The position numbers and the translations under genes were made by a program. The notes under the pieces are model-generated. The model worked only from the letters and a program-made list of their open reading frames with translations. It made no database searches and was not told the DNA's origin. Of a stretch of DNA of 64,000 nucleotides, positions 56,482 through 64,000 are shown piece by piece. The stretch spans positions 26,663 through 90,662 of the forward strand of contig CAZWKE010000004.1 of the NCBI GenBank assembly GCA_964634205.1, given 5' to 3'. The stretch's first letter is position 1. Each line of letters opens with the position of its first letter. This stretch comes from an uncultured Spirochaetaceae bacterium. GTDB taxonomy: Bacteria; Spirochaetota; Spirochaetia; SZUA-6; RPPD01.

Positions 56482-57368
56482 GAAATATACGACTGATAAA
56501 AAACGAAATCGGTGTTCTTATAATGAAAACATTGGCGGGAGGTATTGTGCTGCTGCTGGTGGTGATGGGCATCGGGCTGTTCCTTCGTTCCCGGGGACTG
56601 GTTTCCTCACGATCGATCGGGGAGCTGCTTTTTGCCACCCAATGGCGTCCTTCACGGGGTGAGTTTGCGTATTTCGCGTTTATTGTCGGCACCCTTGAGG
56701 TGACTGTTTATGCCCTGATACCGGCCGTCCCCTTTGCGCTGTGTACGGCAATATATCTCTCGGAATACGCAAACAAAAGGACATTGGCGTTTTTTAAATC
56801 AATTATTGATATTCTTGCCTCAATCCCTTCGGTTATTTTTGGTTTGTGGGGGGTACTGGTGATTGTGCCGTTGGTAAAACAGAGTGAGGCTTTTTTTACC
56901 GGCGGCATGGGTACCGGATATTCACTGCTTTCCGCGGCGCTTGTACTGGCTGTTATGATTCTCCCTTTTATTATTCATATTATACTTGCGGTACTGCAGT
57001 CAATTTCACTTTCGTTGAGGGAGGCCGCCCTGTCTTTGGGGGCCACCCAATGGCAGACAATCAAAAAAGTTGTCCTGCGCCGGGCCCTGCCCGGTATAAT
57101 CGCCGCCTGTGGGCTGGGGTTGGCCAGGGCGTTCGGTGAAACCATGGCCGTAATGATGGTGGCGGGGAATATCGCGCAGCTGCCGCTTTCACCGTTCGAA
57201 CCGGTATATACGCTTCCGGCCTTGATCGCCAACAATTATGGCGAGATGTTTTCGATCCCCCTGTATGATTCCGCGCTGATGTTTGCCGCGTTCATTCTTT
57301 TTGTGGTGGTCCTGTTTTTCAACGTCATATCATGGCTTGTGTTAAACAGGGTGAAGAGGAGAGTCTGA
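56478..57368 (+). CDS. pstC: Phosphate ABC transporter permease PstC
   Basis: Six TM helices and the EAA-like loop (…LREAALSLGATQWQT…). True start may be the internal Met at ~56523. Confidence 0.85.
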   Translation: MRNIRLIKNEIGVLIMKTLAGGIVLLLVVMGIGLFLRSRGLVSSRSIGELLFATQWRPSRGEFAYFAFIVGTLEVTVYALIPAVPFALCTAIYLSEYANKRTLAFFKSIIDILASIPSVIFGLWGVLVIVPLVKQSEAFFTGGMGTGYSLLSAALVLAVMILPFIIHIILAVLQSISLSLREAALSLGATQWQTIKKVVLRRALPGIIAACGLGLARAFGETMAVMMVAGNIAQLPLSPFEPVYTLPALIANNYGEMFSIPLYDSALMFAAFILFVVVLFFNVISWLVLNRVKRRV

Positions 57369-57369
57369 G

Positions 57370-58239
57370 ATGGATTCGCGTAAAAAAACTATGCTTCTGA
57401 AAGAAAAGATAATCAAAAACTGTATGTGTTTTTGTGCGTTTTTTTTGGCCGGACTGCTTGTTTTTATTATTGTTGTCATTTTGGCAAAGGGTTTGCCTGC
57501 CCTGCAGCTTTCCATGCTTGTCCAGACACCCAAAGGCGGTTTTTATACCGGCGGTGAAGGAGGCATCCTGAACGCGATTGCCGGCTCGCTGTGTATTGCT
57601 GTCGGGGCCACGGTTATTGCGTTTTTTATTGGAATACCGATTGTTCTTTTTATTAATGTGCATGCAAAAAAACATTCCATACTAGCCGGCGGCATTCGCT
57701 TTACCTTCAATGTACTTTGGGGTATTCCTTCGATTGTGTATGGGGCGTTCGGGTTCACCTGTATGGTATTCCTGGGATTGAAGGCCTCGCTGCTGGCCGG
57801 AATAATGGTGATCGCTTTGATAGAAATTCCCATTTTAGCCAGGGCGGTGGATGAGGTATTACAGCATGTACCCGCGGAACTGAGCTCCGCTGCCGCCGGC
57901 CTGGGGGCGACCAATGGTGAGGTTGCCTGGAAAGTTATCATCCGGCAGGTGACGCCGGGGATTATTACGGCGGTGCTGCTGGCCTTCTCCCGGGGAATTG
58001 GGGACGCGGCCGCGGTACTGTTTACCGCAGGTTTTTCGGATTATCTGCCGGAATCGCTTCTGCAGCCGGTGGCTACCCTGCCGCTGGCGATTTTCTTTCA
58101 ATTAGGTTCACCGTTTCCAAGGGTGCAAAACAGGGCGTATGCCTCGGCGTTGGTCCTGACAATAATGGTCCTGTTGATTTCCGTTGCGGCGCGTTATTTT
58201 TCCAAAAAGCTGTCGCGTCATCGTATTGAGAATATTTAG
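57370..58239 (+). CDS. pstA: Phosphate ABC transporter permease PstA
   Basis: 289 aa polytopic protein with the EAA motif region (…ELSSAAAGLGATNGEV…). Follows pstC with a 1-nt gap. Confidence 0.85.
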   Translation: MDSRKKTMLLKEKIIKNCMCFCAFFLAGLLVFIIVVILAKGLPALQLSMLVQTPKGGFYTGGEGGILNAIAGSLCIAVGATVIAFFIGIPIVLFINVHAKKHSILAGGIRFTFNVLWGIPSIVYGAFGFTCMVFLGLKASLLAGIMVIALIEIPILARAVDEVLQHVPAELSSAAAGLGATNGEVAWKVIIRQVTPGIITAVLLAFSRGIGDAAAVLFTAGFSDYLPESLLQPVATLPLAIFFQLGSPFPRVQNRAYASALVLTIMVLLISVAARYFSKKLSRHRIENI

Positions 58240-58247
58240 GGGGAAAA

Positions 58248-59009
58248 ATGACGAATTCATCACATATCAACGTACGAAATTTAAGTGTATTTTATAACAA
58301 CACACCCGCATTGGAAAATATCTCGGTTACCGTTCCGGATAAAAAAATTACGGTTATTATCGGTCCGTCCGGCTGCGGGAAGTCCACATTGTTGAGATCA
58401 TTCAACCGCCTGCTGGAAACGGACGCGGGCGTGCGTCTGACCGGTGAGGTTTTTGTCGATACGGAAGATATCTATCGGCCGGGAGTTGAACCGACCCATA
58501 TTCGGAAAAAAATGGGGTTGTTGGCGCAAAAACCGTGCCCGCTTCCCATGTCCATTTTCGACAATGTCGCGTTCGGCCCCAGGATACACGGGAAGCGAAA
58601 CAGAACACATCTGCAGGCGATTGTTCGCTATTATCTCAAACAGGCCAGCCTCTGGGAGGAGGTCAAAAACCGGCTGCATGAACCCGCATCATCACTTTCC
58701 ATCGGGCAACAACAACGTCTTTGCCTTGCCAGGGGATTGGCCGTTCGGCCTGAAATAATACTGGGTGATGAACCCACCTCCGCGCTGGACCCGCATTCGA
58801 GCCGGCGTATTGAGGAGAAATTTCTTCAGCTGAAAAACAAGTATACAATTATCCTTGTAACCCACATTCTGCGCCAGGCACGGCGTCTTGCCGATTATGT
58901 GGTGTTCCTCTACTGCGGCAAACTTATTGAGCACGGCCCGGTGGATGAAGTATTCAATCATCCGCGGCAGAAACTTACCAAGGAATATATAAGCGGGACG
59001 GTAAGTTAG
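58248..59009 (+). CDS. pstB: Phosphate ABC transporter ATP-binding protein PstB
   Basis: Walker A GPSGCGKST. Signature LSIGQQQRLCLAR (the PstB-type LSGGQQQRL variant). Walker B ILGDEPTSALD. Confidence 0.9.
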   Translation: MTNSSHINVRNLSVFYNNTPALENISVTVPDKKITVIIGPSGCGKSTLLRSFNRLLETDAGVRLTGEVFVDTEDIYRPGVEPTHIRKKMGLLAQKPCPLPMSIFDNVAFGPRIHGKRNRTHLQAIVRYYLKQASLWEEVKNRLHEPASSLSIGQQQRLCLARGLAVRPEIILGDEPTSALDPHSSRRIEEKFLQLKNKYTIILVTHILRQARRLADYVVFLYCGKLIEHGPVDEVFNHPRQKLTKEYISGTVS

Positions 59010-59205
59010 GACTGTCTCGGGCTTGAATACCACCGGTCATGAAAGCAATAGATGCTGTGGGAATGTTTGAAATGAGAATTGCCGTGATCATGAAAAAAAG
59101 CTTGACAAATAGCCCGTAATTCTATATGTTTTTTCTAATTCAATAAACTTGGTTCATTAAAAAATAATCAGCAATATATGATATTCCATTATACAGGAGG
59201 GAAAC

Positions 59206-59379
59206 ATGGCTGAAATTAGTAAAAACGCACGTACCGGTATCGGAACCCAGAAATTTTTTTGCGGCTGCGGTGGCGAGGTAAAAATGAAATCCGTATTCAA
59301 CAACGGCAGACTTAGGAACCTGGCTGAATGTGAAAAATGCAACCGCAGAGAAAGACGTCCAAGCGATTTTAATGCGTAA
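59206..59379 (+). CDS. Small zinc-ribbon protein (57 aa), not in the supplied ORF track
   Basis: ATG preceded by an AGGAGGGA RBS. MAEISKNARTGIGTQKFFCGCGGEVKMKSVFNNGRLRNLAECEKCNRRERRPSDFNA has CGCGG…CEKC (4 Cys). A strong intrinsic terminator follows. Confidence 0.45.
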   Translation: MAEISKNARTGIGTQKFFCGCGGEVKMKSVFNNGRLRNLAECEKCNRRERRPSDFNA

Positions 59380-59387
59380 AAAAAAGG

Positions 59388-59418
59388 GAGCCAACTGTAT
59401 AAGGCTCCTTTTTTTTAT
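59388..59418 (+). terminator. Rho-independent terminator (GGGAGCC-loop-GGCTCCC stem followed by a T8 run)
   Basis: Hairpin with T-run read directly. The A-run on the 5' side makes it potentially bidirectional for convergent plsC. Confidence 0.6.
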
Positions 59419-59464
59419 ATATATAGTGGTGCGAATCCAGCACCTAAAATCATCACTATTTTGA

Positions 59465-60316
59465 CTATTGTTCTTCTTCTGTCCGCCATTTTTTAAGTTG
59501 AAGTTCAATATCGTTGTGAATTGAATCCAAAACACCCTGGATCTCATTTTTCCCGTTTACGTGAGGATAAAGCTTAAGTGCTTTTACCCTGTAGACAAGT
59601 CCCTTTAATTTAGAAAACAGGTCTTTTGCGGTGGCAATTTTATATCCCCCATCCACTGCCACCCCCAGGACCGGAAGGTTACTGTGTTCCAGGAGCATTC
59701 GCAGTCCGGCACTATGAAATTTCTTCAGTTCGCCGGTGCGTGAGCGGGATCCTTCGGCAAAAATCACAGGGCAGTCATATTTCCCCTTATTTGCGGCAAG
59801 TCGTTTCAATTGGTTATAGGTCCTTTGAAAACCGCCGCTTCTTTCCAAAAAAGCATGCTGTCCACGACGCAGACCCACGGATACGGCCGGAATCCCGTAT
59901 TTTAATTCTTTTTTTGCGGTATATTTAAGATCATGATCGGGAAAAGCCTCCACTATAGTGACAATGTCCGCCAGGCTTTGATGATTGCTGATGATGATAA
60001 ACCTGTCCGGTAAGGGGGTATGAAGATCCGATGTTATCTCCAGCTTCAATCCGGCATATACATGGGCAAAGAAAACCGATTTATGACTCATCATTTTAAA
60101 GAAATTATTCCAGAACTCCACATGATGCTTACGGCTGAAGAGAAAATAAATTTTTAAGGTTATATCCCAGGCAATAGTTGAAAAGAAAAAACAGAGTATG
60201 GCAAGTAGTGCTCCCATGATAAATCTCCCGGTGGACAGTGTAGTCTGAATCTGTTTTTTTGAAAAGCATTTTTCAAAAATAAAATTTAGTGGCTCTAATC
60301 TTGTACCTAAAATCAA
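59465..60316 (-). CDS. plsC: 1-acyl-sn-glycerol-3-phosphate acyltransferase family protein (PlsC/LPLAT)
   Basis: HX4D motif (ISNHQSLADIV) and FAEGSRSRTG (block III). N-terminal TM helix. TTG start in the track frame; the real start may be the internal MGALLAIL. Confidence 0.8.
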   Translation of the reverse strand: MILGTRLEPLNFIFEKCFSKKQIQTTLSTGRFIMGALLAILCFFFSTIAWDITLKIYFLFSRKHHVEFWNNFFKMMSHKSVFFAHVYAGLKLEITSDLHTPLPDRFIIISNHQSLADIVTIVEAFPDHDLKYTAKKELKYGIPAVSVGLRRGQHAFLERSGGFQRTYNQLKRLAANKGKYDCPVIFAEGSRSRTGELKKFHSAGLRMLLEHSNLPVLGVAVDGGYKIATAKDLFSKLKGLVYRVKALKLYPHVNGKNEIQGVLDSIHNDIELQLKKWRTEEEQ

Positions 60317-60459
60317 TATACCGATAGCTATACGGGAAATCCTTTACCGAGTGCAGGATTTGTTCTACTATATAATATAATTAGAGCTTGACATAGAAAT
60401 TTATTTTTGTTATTTTTATTCTTCTTAACAAATAAATAAGCTTATAAGGAGTTATAGCT

Positions 60460-60723
60460 TTGGGAGCAAAAGGTTCTGCAGCAAAACGGCAAAGACAAAA
60501 TGAAACACAGAGGCTAAGAAATAAAGCCATTAAAACCAGAATCAAACATACTACGAGAACTCTGTTGGAGATTATCAAAGAAAATAAAAAGCAGGAGGCT
60601 GCGGGGCTTTATAAAGAATTCGCAACCGATGTGGATAAGGCAACAACAAAGGGTGTGTATCATAAAAGAAATGCCGCGCGTAAAAAATCAAGAATGATGA
60701 AAAAATTGAACGCAATTAAGTAA
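60460..60723 (+). CDS. rpsT: 30S ribosomal protein S20
   Basis: TTG start with an AAGGA RBS. Basic helical protein (…AAKRQRQNETQRLRNKAIKTRIK…ARKKSRMMKKLNAIK). Confidence 0.85.
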   Translation: MGAKGSAAKRQRQNETQRLRNKAIKTRIKHTTRTLLEIIKENKKQEAAGLYKEFATDVDKATTKGVYHKRNAARKKSRMMKKLNAIK

Positions 60724-60744
60724 CCTTAATACGAGGGTTATACA

Positions 60745-61047
60745 TTGCAGCAAAAATTAACAAAAGCAGATATTGTCGAAAATATTTTCCAGAAACTAAA
60801 TATTAATAAACGGGATATTTATAAATTAATCGATTTCATTTTTGAAGAACTTAAAGGTGCTTTGGCGGAAGATAAGATAATTGAATTGCGGGGGTTTGGT
60901 ACCTTCGAGGTAAGAATCCGAAAGGGCAAGAAAGCGCGTAATCCAAAAACCGGGGAAACCGTTATTACGGAACAACATGGAGTAGTCTTTTTTAAACCCG
61001 GTAAAGAGTTGAAGCAACTGACCCAGCAAATTAAAAAACGAGTTTAG
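60745..61047 (+). CDS. hup: HU/IHF-family DNA-binding protein
   Basis: TTG start. …IELRGFGTFEVRIRKGKKARNPKTGETVITEQHGVVFFKPGKELK… is the DNA-binding arm signature (RNPxTGE). Confidence 0.85.
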   Translation: MQQKLTKADIVENIFQKLNINKRDIYKLIDFIFEELKGALAEDKIIELRGFGTFEVRIRKGKKARNPKTGETVITEQHGVVFFKPGKELKQLTQQIKKRV

Positions 61048-61263
61048 CGGCTCCAATGCTGCACCTGCCAATATACGGTGGCTGCTCCATATACTCCCTC
61101 CTTTCTTTCCACCTTTTATCCTACTATATAAACCTAAAATCGTCTTTTTGCTTTACCCAGGTCCACGGTTTGGACCACTAATAAAGTTTTTCAAACTAAA
61201 GGTAAAAACCAATTGACAAAAACCGCTTTATCCACAACAATATAACCAAAATTCAAGGAGCAA

Positions 61264-62013
61264 GTGATGAAAACTAAGGCCAAAATACTTATAGTAGATG
61301 ATGAACCGATAAATCTTGAATTTTTTGACGTTATGTTAAGTCGGCTTGGTTTTATCGTTGAGAAGGCTGAGAATGGGGAAGAAGCGCTTGACAAAGTTCA
61401 GGATGTAGATCCGGATTTAATCATCCTTGATAATATTATGCCGAAATTGAGTGGGTGGGAATTCACCAAACTCATAAAAAACGACGAGCGTTATAAAAAA
61501 TTTAAGAACATACCCATAATCATGTTTTCGGCCATGGACGAGGTAAAAGACAAAATTGAAGGTTTGGAGTTGGGAGTTGACGACTATATCACCAAACCCT
61601 TTAATTTTTCAGAAGTACTGGCAAGGATCCGCGCGGTATTGCGGAACCGAGAACTGGCACAGCAGCTGTCACGGCGTGAAATGCGAATAGGGGTTATTGA
61701 GTCGTTAAATAAATCACTGCTGTATTTTACCAAGCATATTAAAACGCCGATTCAAAAACTTATAGACAAATCCATGAATATCGATAAATCGAATCAAAAA
61801 GCGGTAAATGAACTGATCGCGCTTGTTAAAGAGGAAAGTGAAGAGATACTGGCCACAATCAGCGGTTTGGAAGATGAAGTGAAGGAACTGCAGAGTAAAG
61901 GTGATAAATTAAAGAAAGGCGATCTTACGCTGGAAGATTTGGAAGTGAAATTTCAGAAGAATCTCAAGAATTGGAAGGCGCGTGAGTTGAACTACGAAGG
62001 GGTCACTACTTGA
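61264..62013 (+). CDS. Response regulator: receiver domain plus C-terminal coiled-coil region, no recognisable DNA-binding output
   Basis: ILIVDDEP, phospho-Asp context LIILDNIMP, conserved K (YITKPF), then a ~120 aa helical/coiled-coil tail. Confidence 0.75.
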   Translation: MMKTKAKILIVDDEPINLEFFDVMLSRLGFIVEKAENGEEALDKVQDVDPDLIILDNIMPKLSGWEFTKLIKNDERYKKFKNIPIIMFSAMDEVKDKIEGLELGVDDYITKPFNFSEVLARIRAVLRNRELAQQLSRREMRIGVIESLNKSLLYFTKHIKTPIQKLIDKSMNIDKSNQKAVNELIALVKEESEEILATISGLEDEVKELQSKGDKLKKGDLTLEDLEVKFQKNLKNWKARELNYEGVTT

Positions 62014-62231
62014 TTTCGCAAGAAATGAAGCAGGTGCTGCAGCTTTTCGATGAGGGGCGAAAGCTTTATAAATTAATGAAGTTTGCGGAAGCAAAAGAAT
62101 ATTTTCAAAAAGCATTACAGATAAATCAAAATGACGGTCCCTCCAAGGTATATCTGGAGCGATGTGAGCATTATATCGACAATCCTCCTCCCGAAGACTG
62201 GGACGGAGTATTTGTAATGAAAACAAAGTAA
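62010..62231 (+). CDS. Small hypothetical protein (73 aa)
   Basis: TTG-start ORF between the response regulator and the bactofilin, overlapping the response-regulator stop by 4 nt. No family recognised. Confidence 0.3.
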   Translation: MISQEMKQVLQLFDEGRKLYKLMKFAEAKEYFQKALQINQNDGPSKVYLERCEHYIDNPPPEDWDGVFVMKTK

Positions 62232-62259
62232 ATTGCACTACTAGAGAACGGGATACAAT

Positions 62260-62685
62260 ATGGCAAAGGTGAATGATCATAAGGGGAACGAAAGAATTCG
62301 TACTACATTGGGAAAAGAAACTGATTTCAACGGAACGATGAAATTCAAGGATTCACTGAAAATTATCGGAAAATTTAAGGGTGAAATTGTTTCCCCCGGG
62401 TTTCTGTATATCGAAAACGGTGCGGAAGTGAAAGCAAATATCAAAGTCGGTTCGGTGATCATCGGCGGTGTAGTAAAGGGCAATGTTATTGCAAAAGAAA
62501 AACTCGAGATGCTGGAAACCGGCAAGGTTTTTGGTAATATAAAAACCGCGAAACTGAAAATCGCCGACGGTGTAGTGTTTGAGGGTAAGTGTGAGATGAT
62601 TAAAAACCCGGAAAAAATTGATATTTTTTCGGAAAATGTCGATGAAATTAAAAAGAACATTGAGTATGTCTCGAGTACCGAATAA
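62260..62685 (+). CDS. Bactofilin-family cytoskeletal protein (second copy)
   Basis: 141 aa. Repeating beta-helix pattern (…FKGEIVSPGFLYIENGAEVKANIKVGSVIIGGVVKGNVIAKEKLEMLETGKVFGNIK…). Confidence 0.8.
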   Translation: MAKVNDHKGNERIRTTLGKETDFNGTMKFKDSLKIIGKFKGEIVSPGFLYIENGAEVKANIKVGSVIIGGVVKGNVIAKEKLEMLETGKVFGNIKTAKLKIADGVVFEGKCEMIKNPEKIDIFSENVDEIKKNIEYVSSTE

Positions 62686-62723
62686 AATAAGAAAAATATA
62701 AGAAAAACTCACTGATTAAAATC

Positions 62724-63464
62724 GTGAAAGCACAAAAAATGACTAGGACAGGTGCCTTAACAGGAACTGCATTTTGTATTTCAGCAGAGGATTTACAAGC
62801 TGTTTTTAAGAAATATCAAAAACCGGGTATCGAATTACATGTTACAAACGATCATGAAAGACTTTTATTCAGGTTGGAAGGTCAGGATACCATCACGAGA
62901 CAGGCTGCCTTCCAATATCTGGTCGATGCGGTGGGCCCTGCGCTCATCCGGGAAGGTATTGCCGTACCTGCCCGGATGGCTTTTGAGTCATTACGGCAGG
63001 TAGGGGCTACCGTGACGATAGCCGAGTCATGTACCGGGGGGCTTTTGGCAAAGCAACTCACTGATATCCCCGGCAGTTCACAGGTTTTTTGGGGTGGATT
63101 TATCGTTTATTCGGATGATGCAAAACACAAGCTTCTGGGTATCGGGGAGGACGTATTGGCAACCGAGGGTGCGGTATCTGAACCCGTGGTTAAAGGACTT
63201 GCCTCTTCCGCGTTGCACAAAACCGGCACTGATTTCAGTATGGCGGTTTCGGGGATCGCCGGTCCCGGAGGAGGAAGTGCTGAAAAACCGGTCGGTACGG
63301 TGTGGCTGAGTATTATAAGCAGAAAAGGCAAAATCGTTTGTTTGCGCTACCGCTTTACCGGTTCACGACAAGAGATACGTTATAAAACCACCGTGTGCGC
63401 GTTTTTAATTCTACAAGCACTGATATTAGGAGGAGATTATCTTGACTATTACCGGAATTGGTAA
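62724..63464 (+). CDS. cinA: CinA-family protein (C-terminal PncC-like nicotinamide-nucleotide amidohydrolase domain)
   Basis: CinA_C signatures …TVTIAESCTGGLLAKQLTDIPGSS…FVTYS…, …VSGIAGPGG. The N-terminal ~85 aa of the track ORF may not be translated. Confidence 0.75.
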   Translation: MKAQKMTRTGALTGTAFCISAEDLQAVFKKYQKPGIELHVTNDHERLLFRLEGQDTITRQAAFQYLVDAVGPALIREGIAVPARMAFESLRQVGATVTIAESCTGGLLAKQLTDIPGSSQVFWGGFIVYSDDAKHKLLGIGEDVLATEGAVSEPVVKGLASSALHKTGTDFSMAVSGIAGPGGGSAEKPVGTVWLSIISRKGKIVCLRYRFTGSRQEIRYKTTVCAFLILQALILGGDYLDYYRNW

Positions 63465-63551
63465 TATAATTAAGGAAAGCATCAACAATTCGTATAGTCT
63501 CCTGAACTATATATTTACTTAAATTAATGGAAAATCAGCAGAATAAAAAAT

Positions 63552-64000
63552 AATGGAGCAAAACATGGAGATATTTCACCGAAAACCTTCCGTGGCTGAA
63601 AGTGATATTGATTCAAAACCTGAAAATAATGTGAAGCAAAATCAAGAGAATGTTAAAAAGGAGAATCAAATGAGAACTGCCAAAGATGAGAGTTCTAAAC
63701 ACGGGAAACCGAAAAGAGTGGTAAGAAAGAAAAGATTAAAAGTCGAACTGATAAAAGATTCGGAAAATGGTGTAATGGATGAGGAATCCGTGAGCCAGGA
63801 AGAGTCGAATAATAACGGCAAAAATAATCATGTCGAAACAGCTGCAAACAATACTCCCCCCAAAGAGCCGATTCCCGCAAACGGTGTCCCGAATGGAATA
63901 AATCACCAGCAGCGCGATAGAGTGGGAGATGCCGGTATGTTATTTAATGATAATGATAGTGATAGTGAAAGATTCAATATCAATGATCTCTCCAAGAAGG
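63552..64000 (+). CDS. Hypothetical low-complexity (Lys/Glu/Asn/Ser-rich) protein, 5' partial view (runs off the window end)
   Basis: Open frame from the ATG at 63552 (or 63564) to the window end with no stop. Not in the track because it is unterminated. Contains an NDNDSDS repeat. Confidence 0.4.

Noticed and set aside
1-64000. Mobile elements, CRISPR arrays, tRNA/rRNA genes
   Set aside because: No transposase or integrase-like ORFs, no regularly spaced short repeats with spacers, and no rRNA-like stretches were seen. tRNAs cannot be fully excluded by eye, but no intergenic region showed the characteristic stem pattern (GTTC-box or CCA context).

Overview
This 64 kb window is bacterial chromosome from what looks like a diderm, probably anaerobic organism (Spirochaetota-like or a similar lineage; this is an inference from gene content only). 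It contains about 70 protein-coding genes and no rRNA, tRNA, CRISPR array or transposase that I could recognise. Base composition is strikingly mosaic: roughly 62-65% GC from about 3.3 to 11.4 kb, about 50% through the flagellar and central part, and about 38-42% in several later genes.

Main content, in order:
- A high-GC block (about 0.4-11.4 kb) holding an outer-membrane barrel protein, uppP, two hypothetical envelope proteins, an OmpR-type two-component system, a lipoprotein and a MacB-like ABC transporter (two ATPases plus a fused double-FtsX permease).
- A flagellar late operon flgN-like/flgK/flgL/fliW/csrA, then tsaB and tsaE.
- A degenerate GGDEF-EAL-TPR protein, a sigma-54 NtrC-type regulator with its PAS histidine kinase, holB, cvpA and murG.
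- A GGDEF protein with a pseudo-receiver, an M48 protease, a DUF445 protein, uvrB, htrA and comM.
- The stand-out locus: a tightly packed co-directional cluster of rex, a sensor histidine kinase, hndB-like, hndC (NuoF-like), an [FeFe]-hydrogenase large subunit with atypical H-cluster motifs, a nuoE-like subunit and a CheY-like response regulator. Rex boxes sit on the rex start codon. This looks like a redox/H2-linked regulatory hydrogenase module that may be undescribed.
- dusB-like, tatD, and a cell-shape-type module (M23 peptidase, bactofilin, DUF327/YaaR-like, PSP1/RicT-like).
- mtnA, an Rrf2 regulator, pstSCAB, a plsC-family acyltransferase, rpsT, an HU gene, a second bactofilin and a CinA-family gene.
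- Long perfect palindromes sit in several divergent promoter regions, and a triple 11-bp direct repeat follows the OmpR-type two-component system.

All calls are from reading the six-frame translations and the raw sequence. No database search was run, so family names rest on motifs I recognised and should be confirmed.
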